Virus record (IMG/VR): IMGVR_UViG_3300037243_000174
Location: 1 to 42,474 of that record
Length of the DNA stretch: 42,474 nucleotides
Source of the DNA: a virus
Lineage: Duplodnaviria > Caudoviricetes
Direction: 5' to 3' (one strand)
Part shown: piece after piece, positions 25,314-33,873 of the stretch
How the letters are laid out: each line of letters opens with the position of its first letter
How positions within the stretch are numbered: position 1 is the stretch's first letter
The notes under the pieces: model-generated
Told to the model about the DNA's origin: nothing
The model's database searches: none
What the model saw: the letters and a program-made list of their open reading frames with translations, nothing else
Program-made: the position numbers and the translations under genes

Positions 25314-25919
25314 CTACGCCATCGCCTTTCCCAGCACGAACCCGCTCCAGGTCACGCCCCCGTCGTGGGTGATGAAGCCAAGCACATCACGCCCGGACGT
25401 GGTCAGGGTCGGCGCAGTCCCGGCGGCCCACTTGACTCCCCACCAGGTCAGCGCGTAGGCGCCGCCGTTGGTCAGGTCCAGCACGAAGCCCCCGAGCAGT
25501 CCGGTGGCCGGGACGTTGGTCACCGAAAAGGTGGTAGCGGCGGTCACTGTGAGGCTGAAGCAGGTGCCCAGGCCCAGGTTGATGGCCCCGCTGGCCAGGG
25601 CCACGGCGAAGCTGTTGGTCATGTCCCGGAGCATCTGAGCGACGGAGCGCAGCTCGGCCCGCGAGGCGGCAGCCCAGGCCTGGGCCGTGGTGCCGTCCTG
25701 GCCGCGCACGCAGGTCACCGCCGTGCCGGTCCAGCTGGTGACCTTGACGATCTCCCGGGCCGTTTCGGGGGTGGTTGGGGTAGCCAAGGTCAGGTAGACC
25801 CAGTCTCCGGCCCCCAGCGTCGGGAAGTTCGTGGTGGCTACCACGTTCAGCACCGTATCGGTCGACAGGGCAGGGCTGGACAGGGTGGTAGCCGCGCCAT
25901 TGGCGAATTGTTGGGCCAC
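25314..25919 (-). CDS. Short tail fibre protein (201 aa)
   Basis: N-terminal FANGAATTL..EIVKVT..VRGQDGTTAQAW..ELR and C-terminal LTNGGAYALTW..VKWAAGTAPTLTTSGRDVLGF modules typical of phage fibres; GAGG SD, GTG start. Confidence 0.85.
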   Translation of the reverse strand: MAQQFANGAATTLSSPALSTDTVLNVVATTNFPTLGAGDWVYLTLATPTTPETAREIVKVTSWTGTAVTCVRGQDGTTAQAWAAASRAELRSVAQMLRDMTNSFAVALASGAINLGLGTCFSLTVTAATTFSVTNVPATGLLGGFVLDLTNGGAYALTWWGVKWAAGTAPTLTTSGRDVLGFITHDGGVTWSGFVLGKAMA

Positions 25920-26001
25920 GATGTGCCTCGGAGAAAGACCCGCTTAGCGGGGATAGGTGAACGGCGGACCGAGGTCGAGACGCAGGCCTCTACCCTGGGA
26001 G

Positions 26002-26113
26002 GGGTAGCTGGGGGAGGTGGGTTTGGGCTAGGCGGAGGCCCTGTTCAGCAGTGGGTGAACAAGCTGACGAAACCGGGTAGCTGGGGAGGTGGGTTTGGGG
26101 TTAGGCGGTGGCC
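26002..26113. repeat. Imperfect ~39-nt direct repeat (26002-26040 and 26075-26113), G-tract rich on the + strand
   Basis: gggtagctgggggaggtgggtttgggctaggcggaggcc versus gggtagctggggaggtgggtttggggttaggcggtggcc. Confidence 0.85.
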
Positions 26114-26944
26114 TGGAGGGCGGAGCGGCGCTTGAGGGCCCGGTTGATGGTCAGCCGGTTCACGCCATAGTGGGCGGCCAGGTCCTTCTGGGGGAGAGGG
26201 CTGGCGAGGATGGCGTCGATGTCGGCCTCGGTCAGGGCCCGGGAGGCAGGTCGGCTACGGCGGTCGGGTTGGGGCCCGGTAGGGTCGGGGCCTAGGTGCG
26301 CCAACACCTGACTGTCCCTCACCCGGTAGATGGTCTTCCTGCCGACCCCGTATCTATCAGCCAGTTCTGCCCCCGACAGGGGGCTAGCCAGAATGAAGGC
26401 TACGTCCTCTTCCGTCAGGGGGCTGTTTGGGTGGAGCTTACCCCGGAAAGGGGAGGGGAGGCCCTTGTTCGCGGGAGCTGCCCCCTTCTGAAACCCGTCG
26501 GCGTTCCCCATGTGGGATTTCGACATGAGAGCCCTGGTTTCAACCCCAGGGTTCACTCCGAGGGAGTTCTGCTTCCCCATCATCGCCAGGGACTTCTTCT
26601 TTCTGACCTCGTCGGTGATCAGGTAGCCGCACTGGGAAGTTTGCCAGCCGCAGGATGTTGTAGCCATGGGCGGGGTTCCAGCAGCGCGTGGCGTCCAGGT
26701 GATGCTGCTCGAAGAACTCCAGGATGTCTTTGACCGGTGGGCAGTGGGTGAGAATCTCATAGACGAACGCGTCCTTGCCGTATTTGTTGTAGGCCCGCTG
26801 GAGCAGCACCGAGTGGTGCTTGTTCTTCTTCAGCTCGTGAGCGTGGACATACCACCTGAGCCGTATGTTTTTGGAGGAGCCCACGTAGACCTTGCCGGTC
26901 ACGAGGTTCCTGATCTGGTAGATCCCTGACTTCCACTCGTGCAC
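26101..26944 (-). pseudogene. Free-standing GIY-YIG homing endonuclease with NUMOD3-like and HTH C-terminus, split by a +1 frameshift near 26640
   Basis: SGIYQIRNLVTGKVYVGSSKNIRLRW..H..E..GYN in ORF 26540-26977; DEVRKKKS, ETRALMSKSH and two LTE.D...ILAS..LA..YGV.R.TI HTH units in ORF 26101-26760; likely GTG 26944 with AGGGG SD. Could be an assembly indel rather than a true pseudogene. Confidence 0.85.
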
Positions 26945-26965
26945 GGAAAAACCCCTACACATTCG

Positions 26966-26999
26966 ATAGCCCGGCAACCACGAATGGCGACCGGGCTAT
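26966..26999 (-). promoter_or_regulatory. Stable RNA hairpin with UUCG loop upstream of the homing endonuclease
   Basis: Minus strand AUAGCCCGG-UCG-CCA-UUCG-UGG-UUG-CCGGGCUAU; perfect 9-bp outer stem; no following U-tract. Confidence 0.6.
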
Positions 27000-27056
27000 A
27001 GGTATCTCATCGGTTATCGGCGAAGAAGGCGTTTGTTGCAACATTCTTAATGAATG

Positions 27057-27632
27057 TTACATTTGCCTCGTGAAACTAGTCACCGCAATGGGTCCAGCCG
27101 CGACTATTGATACAGTGTTCAAGTTCAGGTCCGCGCCGCTGGTGGAGATGACCCCCTGCTCCAGCACGTTCATCAAGTACGCGGTGCCGGTGCCGGTCAG
27201 GGTGGTCGCCGTGGCGATGAACATGTTGCCAACGGCCGCCGTGGTGCCCTGCAGGCCGATGCTCTCCCAGTTGGCGGCAGTCGAGGTGCCCATCGTCTGG
27301 ATCATGTAGGTATTGCCGACCACGAAGCTGGACCCGGTGATGCCAGCGGTGCCCTGGGAGAAGCAGCGGAAGAAGCTGGCGGTGCCGGTGGCCAGCGCGT
27401 TCTCCTGAGTCAGCGCGTTGGCGGTGATCACGGAGGGGGTGGCGGCGGTGGCGGTGCCGAACGGGGTGGCGGAGAACGGCAGGTTGCCCAGGATCGCGTT
27501 GCCGCTGTACGCGGTGTCGGCGGTGGCGGGCATGGTGCCGCTGAAGATGGCGAGCTGGGCCGCTGCGCCGAACTGCCCGGCGTAGTCGTTCAGCTCAGTC
27601 TGACGGGCGGACAGGGCGTAGGTGAGAGTCAT
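27057..27632 (-). CDS. Phage virion structural protein (191 aa)
   Basis: GAGGAG SD; LAIFSGTMPATADTA..GTASFFR..GADLNLNTVSI pattern with an inserted SFVVGNTYMI..VG..FIAT..GTGT module seen in tail proteins. Confidence 0.8.
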   Translation of the reverse strand: MTLTYALSARQTELNDYAGQFGAAAQLAIFSGTMPATADTAYSGNAILGNLPFSATPFGTATAATPSVITANALTQENALATGTASFFRCFSQGTAGITGSSFVVGNTYMIQTMGTSTAANWESIGLQGTTAAVGNMFIATATTLTGTGTAYLMNVLEQGVISTSGADLNLNTVSIVAAGPIAVTSFTRQM

Positions 27633-27714
27633 GCGAAGCTCCTCGGGATAAGCGACACGGTCGCCTATCCATGGGCCAGGAAGTCATTCGCCGGAACGCG
27701 TTGACAACAACCGG

Positions 27715-28740
27715 TCAGTGCAGCCCGGTCGCGATCTGCACCGGGGCCTGGGCCGGGAGCGGCAGGGGTAGGTCCTGATCCAGGGCCGTCACCTGCAGTG
27801 GGATCTGCTGCGACCAGACCGAGCCCAGCACCGGGTCGGTGATCTGCACGTAGTAGATATCGGTCGCGCTCAGGTCGTCGGTGTCCAGCTCGGCGACCAG
27901 ATTCAGCTCGGCACTGACCGCGCCCGGGATCGCCACGCCGTTCTTGAACCACTGGTAGGTCAGGTCCAGCAGGGGACCGGGGGACAGCACCGTGGCAGCG
28001 GTCGAGTCGTACGGGGCCAGACTCAGGGCCGGATCCGAATCAGCGCCGTCGGTCATGGCCATGACCAGGGCGAACGGGTCCTGAATGCCCTGGATCCTCG
28101 GGGTAATCTGCTCGGAGCCGGGGAACACCCCGATCAGCTCGACCCCGATATGGGCCGCCTTGGTCGCCGCGATCGCCTGATAGACGTCCTGGATCAGGTG
28201 TGGGCTGGAGGTGAAGGCGCTGCTGCCGGTGCTGGATCCGCCGATCGGTACCTGGATCCGAATGGTGTTCCGGTAGGAGACATCCACCCCCGGGGTACCG
28301 ATCAGGGTGTACATTTCGGTGACGGTGAAGGTGGACGGATCGGCCCCGGTGAAGGCCTCGATCAGGGCCGGAAACGCGGCGATCCGGGCCCCATGCTGGT
28401 AGGCCTTCAGCATCCGCAGCACCATGGTCTTGAAGTCCTGGTCGAACTGGCCGGAGCTGGGGTAGTCCTGGCCCAGGGGCAGCAGGCTGCCGTATTGGCG
28501 CAGCAGGTCGGGCGGGGTCAGCAGGGCCGGGTTGCGCGAGATCAGGGCGTACTGGTCCAGGTAGTCCAGGGCGCCCACCTTGCGGGCCAGGGCATGCAGC
28601 AAGAAGCCCCAGGCGGTATTGTCTCCCCCGTCCCGGTAGCAGTCGGGGACCCCGGCCAGGAGCGCGGCGAACGCGGCCAGCTCGTAGTTGATCAGCTCGG
28701 CCCGGGACTTCAGGTAGCCACTGTCCGGCTGCAGGGTCAT
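27715..28740 (-). CDS. Baseplate wedge/tail protein with C-terminal Ig-like domain (341 aa)
   Basis: Follows the J-like gene; ATKAAHI and LTYQWFKNGVAIPGA motifs; GAGGGG SD. Confidence 0.75.
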   Translation of the reverse strand: MTLQPDSGYLKSRAELINYELAAFAALLAGVPDCYRDGGDNTAWGFLLHALARKVGALDYLDQYALISRNPALLTPPDLLRQYGSLLPLGQDYPSSGQFDQDFKTMVLRMLKAYQHGARIAAFPALIEAFTGADPSTFTVTEMYTLIGTPGVDVSYRNTIRIQVPIGGSSTGSSAFTSSPHLIQDVYQAIAATKAAHIGVELIGVFPGSEQITPRIQGIQDPFALVMAMTDGADSDPALSLAPYDSTAATVLSPGPLLDLTYQWFKNGVAIPGAVSAELNLVAELDTDDLSATDIYYVQITDPVLGSVWSQQIPLQVTALDQDLPLPLPAQAPVQIATGLH

Positions 28741-28741
28741 T

Positions 28742-31700
28742 TTAATTCCCCTCGATCTGATAGGTGATGGTGACCTGCCCGGGGAGCAGATACTCCAACG
28801 GGCTCATGCCGATGTCCTGGGCGGAGGCCTCGCCGTAGACCTGATAGGTGACCCAGTACGGCAGCGCGGTCGGGGAGGTGGCCACCCCGGGCACGTTCAG
28901 TAGCACCTTGCCGTAGTGCTGGCTGGCCACCGGAGTGGTCGGACTGACCTGATCGTTCACCCCGATCAGGTAGAAGGCCAGATCGCTGGCGGCCGAGAAT
29001 TCTGTCAGCGAGAAGCAGCGGCGGTAGCTCTGGCCCTGGTAGAGCAGCCCCGCGAACGTATCCGGACCGGCACCGGATGGTCGGGTGCTGTAAGCCAGCA
29101 CCGGATCCTGGGTCACCCAGCTGGAGGCCTGGACCGGGAACAGGCTGGTCGGCAGGTTCAGGCTGCTGGGGGAGACCCAGGCAGTGCCGGTCGGAATCAC
29201 CTCACCGATCACGTAGGAGCCATCCGCCTTGGCAAACCGATCCAGCGGCAGGTCAATCGAGACCACCCCGGTCAGGGCGCGGACCAGGTAGACCACGTCC
29301 GACTGGCTGAGCTGGCCTGAGGCCATGGAGATCGCCAACGAGATGGCGGTACGCAGCTGAGGATCCATGATCGCAGCGGTGGCGTTCGGGCTATTGGCCA
29401 GGGTCACGGTCAAGGCCATATCCACCTGATTGGCAGTCATTGCTTTGACCAGGGTGTCGGCCCCGCCGTGCTTGGTTTTGCCGATGTCGGTAACCACCTG
29501 GGTCAGGAACTCCGGGTAGGTGTAGGCGGCGGTGAACACCTCGGCGGTGTAGTAGCTGACGCTCAGCACCGTGCTATCAGCGATCCGGCTGGGGCTGCTG
29601 GTGCCGGAGACGAACTTGCTCAACACCGGACCGAGCACGGGGTCGGTGCGAAGGGTGTAGTCGGACCCTTCCAGGTAGACGGTAATGCCGCCCGTGCTGG
29701 GATTGGTGGTGTAGACCTTGAGGTAGCGCTTCAGGTAGGTCACCTGGGCGGCGATCAGATCCGCGTCCTGGGTCAGGGCGGTTTGGCCATGGCTGACGGG
29801 GATGTGGACGTCCTGTACGAAGCCAGGGAAGCTGAGCGGAACCGCCGCCGACCCGGTCAGGGTAAGGCTGTCCGCCTGCAGGGTCAGGTGCTCGACCAGC
29901 TGGTAGGACTGGTAGGACACGTTGACGGCGGTGTCGAGCGGAATGGCGGATCCGGTCGGGCGGGAGATGCCGAAGTGGTTGTAGGGGCCCAGAATGACCA
30001 GGGTGTAGTCGATCCCGAACTGGTAGATGCTGGCCCCGTTCAGGGGGCGGACGGAGGTGATGTTGCCCGGGGCCGGAATGTCGGTGTTGGGGTCGACCTG
30101 CAGGGTGGGGACGTAGACCCCTTCGCCCAGGTCCAGCACCAGCAGCCCGTTGGTGGCCCAGGTCAGCTGGGTGTTGACGGTGACCTTGCCATTCAAGGCG
30201 CGAATGACGTCCCCGGCGGACGGGCTGTTGCCGGTGAGCAGCGGGTCGCTGGCGGTCTTGTCCAGGATGACCGAGGCGGTGGGCAGGGCCCCGGTGCTGC
30301 CATTGCCGACCACCGAGATCACGGCCTGCACCGGCTCCTGGGACGGGGTCACCTGGAGCGGGGACCAGGTGCGCAGCAGGGCGGAAACCGTCACTCCGGT
30401 CAGCCCGGTGAGCCATGCGGAGTTGGCGGCGCCTGGGGTGGTGCTGCCATCCGTGTTGTAGCTGTAGGACAGGTCGTTGGGGTTCAGGTAGAGCGCCCCG
30501 GTTTGGGGGTCCCAGGCGGCGGTGGTGACCCCGAGGTAGACCCCGCCGGTTCGGTCCAGCCAGACCTCCTCGATCGCGGCCACATCGTCGGTGATCCCGG
30601 TGGGGACGGTGAACTTGATCCGGGCTCCCGACAGCCCGGCGAAACTGAGGGTGACATAGGTGCCTACCACCCCCAGACTGCCACCGGTGGCCAGCAGGTA
30701 GGGGGTGGCCTGGGTGACCTGACTGAAGTTGCCGCCCCGGGTGTAGATGTCGACGCAGCCGTAGGTATGCCGCTGGCGCAGCGGATCCCAGTCGCGCAGC
30801 ATCTCCAGGTCACCCGCCTGGACCACCTGGGCGGCGATCACTCCGGCTGAGGCCATAGCGGTACCGTAATACCCCCCGGCGGTGCCGGAGTCAATGCCGG
30901 TGATCTGCCGGATCCGGATCCGGGCCGCCAGGGCTGCATTGCTCTCCTGGTCCTGGCCGGGCACGGTGGCGGTGGTCAGGTTGGTGCATAGCATCGGCGA
31001 GCTGAGCCCGCTGACCACGGTGCGGATGGTTCCGGCCCCGACATTGCCACTCGACCCGGCCGAGGTGGCCTGGCAGTCCACCGTGAAGCCCCAGCCGCTC
31101 AGCTCGGGGATCCAGTATGCGTTCAGGTTGGCCGGATCGATCAGGCCGGAGGCCAGGGACTGATAGGTGACACTGGCGGTGCTGGCATCGGGCACACTGG
31201 CGACGATCGAGGCCAGCGCCTCGCTGATTCTGACCTGGGGCGCGGTCATGCTGTAGAAGGTGACCGGGATGATGGCGGCCTGGGGCCCCTTGCGGGGAAT
31301 GCCCGCCCGCTCCGCATGGACGTCGAACTGATTGTCGATCAGGGTCTGGACCTGGGTATCCGTGACCCGGAACGCCTTGGCGATCGCCTGCTTGACCTGA
31401 CTGGTGGCAGCCGGGTCGGACACCCCGTCGCCGTTGGCGTCGTCGATCTGGCACAGCGCGGATAGGCTGGCGCTGGCCCGGGTGAACCAGCTGCGGATGG
31501 TGGCGTTGGCCAATTCCAGGGAAAACGGGTCCACCTGCAGGTCACGGGTTTCGGACCGGGGCGACTGGTCCAGGCCGCCGTATTCCTGGGCGACCAGGGT
31601 GATGATGTCCCCGGCGATCTGCTCCGGCTGGGTGGTGGGGGGAAAATCAGCCGGGGAGACCTGCCCCAGGTTGACGAACGAACAGGTGAACGGACCGGCC

Positions 31701-32455
31701 GCCGCCGACTGGTAGACCTGATGGGTGTTGGGGTCTTGCACCACAGTTGCGACCAGGACAAAGAACTGATCGGCGTTGATCTGGCTGTAGAGGATATCGA
31801 CCGAGGAGTAGGTCACCAGCTGCAGGGTCTGCTGGACGGTGAGGGTCTTAGTCGAGGTGCTGTCGGGATTGAGGCTGGACTGCTGGGTGCTGCTGCTGCT
31901 GGCCAACACCGAAGTCTGGCTGGAGGTGTTGTTGTTGGGTACCAGTCCGCCGAACTGGGTGTAGGGCACCGAAACCCCCGAGCTGTCGGTCGAGGTCTGC
32001 ACCTGAACCCCGAGGAAGCCGGGGGTGTTGACGTTGGCCCACTGGATCCGGATCCGGTCGTACAGCTGCAGCACCGAAACCGAAGCCGGGGGGTAGGCCA
32101 CTGCCAGGTCGGCCATGCTGGCGACGATCACGCTGGCGGAGAACAGCGGCGAGGCCAGACTGGGGCCGACCGGCGCATCCTGGGCGGCCAGGGTGAGGGT
32201 GTAGGTCCCGGCAAGCCCTGGCAGGGGCAGGTTGCCCGTGAACTGCCCCTGCGTCACCCCCCCGGAGGTGACCTGGGTGTAAGCGGTCAGGGGGAACACC
32301 TCGCCGGTCTCGACGATCGAGGCCATCACGACGCCGGTGTTGACGTCCGCCCGCACGGTCAGTGGCAGGCTGGCGGCATTGACCGAGATGGTTCCACCCT
32401 GGGGCAGCACCGGCAGGAGCAGGGAGGGGGTTAGCAAGCTGTAGGTCAGGGACAT
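28742..32455 (-). CDS. Baseplate J-like (wedge) protein (1237 aa)
   Basis: RSETRDL..P, G..GNVGAGTI, GQDQESNAALAARIR, GCVDIY, SQSDVV motifs of baseplate J/gp6-like proteins. Confidence 0.85.
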   Translation of the reverse strand: MSLTYSLLTPSLLLPVLPQGGTISVNAASLPLTVRADVNTGVVMASIVETGEVFPLTAYTQVTSGGVTQGQFTGNLPLPGLAGTYTLTLAAQDAPVGPSLASPLFSASVIVASMADLAVAYPPASVSVLQLYDRIRIQWANVNTPGFLGVQVQTSTDSSGVSVPYTQFGGLVPNNNTSSQTSVLASSSSTQQSSLNPDSTSTKTLTVQQTLQLVTYSSVDILYSQINADQFFVLVATVVQDPNTHQVYQSAAAGPFTCSFVNLGQVSPADFPPTTQPEQIAGDIITLVAQEYGGLDQSPRSETRDLQVDPFSLELANATIRSWFTRASASLSALCQIDDANGDGVSDPAATSQVKQAIAKAFRVTDTQVQTLIDNQFDVHAERAGIPRKGPQAAIIPVTFYSMTAPQVRISEALASIVASVPDASTASVTYQSLASGLIDPANLNAYWIPELSGWGFTVDCQATSAGSSGNVGAGTIRTVVSGLSSPMLCTNLTTATVPGQDQESNAALAARIRIRQITGIDSGTAGGYYGTAMASAGVIAAQVVQAGDLEMLRDWDPLRQRHTYGCVDIYTRGGNFSQVTQATPYLLATGGSLGVVGTYVTLSFAGLSGARIKFTVPTGITDDVAAIEEVWLDRTGGVYLGVTTAAWDPQTGALYLNPNDLSYSYNTDGSTTPGAANSAWLTGLTGVTVSALLRTWSPLQVTPSQEPVQAVISVVGNGSTGALPTASVILDKTASDPLLTGNSPSAGDVIRALNGKVTVNTQLTWATNGLLVLDLGEGVYVPTLQVDPNTDIPAPGNITSVRPLNGASIYQFGIDYTLVILGPYNHFGISRPTGSAIPLDTAVNVSYQSYQLVEHLTLQADSLTLTGSAAVPLSFPGFVQDVHIPVSHGQTALTQDADLIAAQVTYLKRYLKVYTTNPSTGGITVYLEGSDYTLRTDPVLGPVLSKFVSGTSSPSRIADSTVLSVSYYTAEVFTAAYTYPEFLTQVVTDIGKTKHGGADTLVKAMTANQVDMALTVTLANSPNATAAIMDPQLRTAISLAISMASGQLSQSDVVYLVRALTGVVSIDLPLDRFAKADGSYVIGEVIPTGTAWVSPSSLNLPTSLFPVQASSWVTQDPVLAYSTRPSGAGPDTFAGLLYQGQSYRRCFSLTEFSAASDLAFYLIGVNDQVSPTTPVASQHYGKVLLNVPGVATSPTALPYWVTYQVYGEASAQDIGMSPLEYLLPGQVTITYQIEGN

Positions 32456-32465
32456 CGGCGGATTC

Positions 32466-33236
32466 CTAAGAAGAACGCTTGGTCAACCCCAGGTCAAGGG
32501 TCTGCTTGGCCCCGGAGCGGGCGGTGAGGGCTACGGATACCCCCACCACCCGGGGGTCGTTGGGGTCCGCGCTGGCGGTAACCGACCCCACACTGGCCAG
32601 GACCTCATCCGGGCTCAGGGTCTGGAACTGGGCCTGGGCGGTCTGGATGGTTTTTAGGTTGGCCAGCACCGTGGACACCGAGTAGGCAGCATCCGAGGAG
32701 GTGAAGTGGCTGCCGCCCTTCTTGCCGATCTGGTTGCGCAGGCTGCAGACCAGGGCCGGGTAGAACGGACAGACGGACGTCAACACCAGCTTCAGGCAGC
32801 GCTGAATCAGCTTGGACAGGCCGTGCACCCGGCGCCAAGAACCGGAGGAGCTGAGCTGATAGTCGGCCACCAGATTGGTCCCCCCACATTTAAGGCAGTA
32901 GGGGGCCGCCGTGACGTAGCCGACCTCGATCACCCAGGTATTGACCAGCTGGGCCCGGTTGAACACGATCATGAACCAGCGCTGGCCCGGGGCCGCGTTG
33001 GGGTCGGGCTGGACCGACCACCCCAGCATCGCGTGGGTTCGCGGCACCGCCACGTCGTTGATGTAGAGCGTCACGGTGGCAGCCCCATTGACCGGCCGGG
33101 CCATGGCCTGACCCGAGGTGATTAGAGAGACCAGGGTCCGGCGGTCAGGCTGGAAGGCCATGCGCTCACGGGCGACATGATGGTCGCAGGCAGCCGGGGT
33201 GGTCAGGAGGTCATAGGACAAGGTTTCGGCCCTCAT
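32466..33236 (-). CDS. Baseplate wedge protein with gp25-like C-terminus (256 aa)
   Basis: C-terminal V.GLSKLIQ..LK.VLT...DPNDPRVVGVSVALTARSG; CDH and CLKC; lies directly before the J-like gene. Confidence 0.7.
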   Translation of the reverse strand: MRAETLSYDLLTTPAACDHHVARERMAFQPDRRTLVSLITSGQAMARPVNGAATVTLYINDVAVPRTHAMLGWSVQPDPNAAPGQRWFMIVFNRAQLVNTWVIEVGYVTAAPYCLKCGGTNLVADYQLSSSGSWRRVHGLSKLIQRCLKLVLTSVCPFYPALVCSLRNQIGKKGGSHFTSSDAAYSVSTVLANLKTIQTAQAQFQTLSPDEVLASVGSVTASADPNDPRVVGVSVALTARSGAKQTLDLGLTKRSS

Positions 33237-33242
33237 CCTAGG

Positions 33243-33866
33243 CTATGCAAGCAGTTCCCCGGCGTTCAGCCGTTCCCATGGAGTGGGCGGGTCGAGCGGG
33301 TGGGCCCGGTATCTCGGCTGGCCCATGAACAGGCTGGCGGCGGTCGTGGCGATCATGACCCCGGCATAGTGGGCCTGGGTGGCTAGCTGATCGAGCTGGG
33401 TCATCTGGGCGGCGATGAAGGCCGGGGCCTCTGCGGCGTCCTGGGCCTCGTCCTCCAGCCCCTCGATCTGGGTGCGCAGGTAGTTCAGCCGGAACGCCCC
33501 CTCACCCAGGGCCCCCAGCTGCTCCTGGTACCGATCCAGGATGGTGCCGACCACCACGCCGGGCAGGTGGTCGTCGCGTTGGGTTGGCAGGAAGTGGCCG
33601 CCCGGGTCTGGCTGCCAGGTATCCTTCTGGAATGAAGGCGACAGCGGAGCCGCCGCGCCGGGGTGGGCTGCCGAAGCGTAGAAGGCCTCCAGCAGTCCAG
33701 CCGCCTTGCGCAGCTGCTGGGCCTGGATCTGGCGGAAGCGGGAGATGGCCGGGAACTGGCCCCGGTTGACCGCGTCCCAGGTCTGGAACGCGGTCTGTTG
33801 GGTGTCGGTCAGGGTGCCCTGGAAAGCGAACGGCGGGCCGATGCGGGCGTAGGAGGGATGGGTCAT
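33243..33866 (-). CDS. Hypothetical protein in the baseplate module (207 aa)
   Basis: GAGGGG SD; tight packing; GC3-biased codons; helical composition. Confidence 0.8.
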   Translation of the reverse strand: MTHPSYARIGPPFAFQGTLTDTQQTAFQTWDAVNRGQFPAISRFRQIQAQQLRKAAGLLEAFYASAAHPGAAAPLSPSFQKDTWQPDPGGHFLPTQRDDHLPGVVVGTILDRYQEQLGALGEGAFRLNYLRTQIEGLEDEAQDAAEAPAFIAAQMTQLDQLATQAHYAGVMIATTAASLFMGQPRYRAHPLDPPTPWERLNAGELLA

Positions 33867-33873
33867 GGGCCCC

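Noticed and set aside
26101-27057. Group I intron hosting the GIY-YIG gene
   Set aside because: Both flanking genes are complete and the flanks are too short for a ribozyme core.
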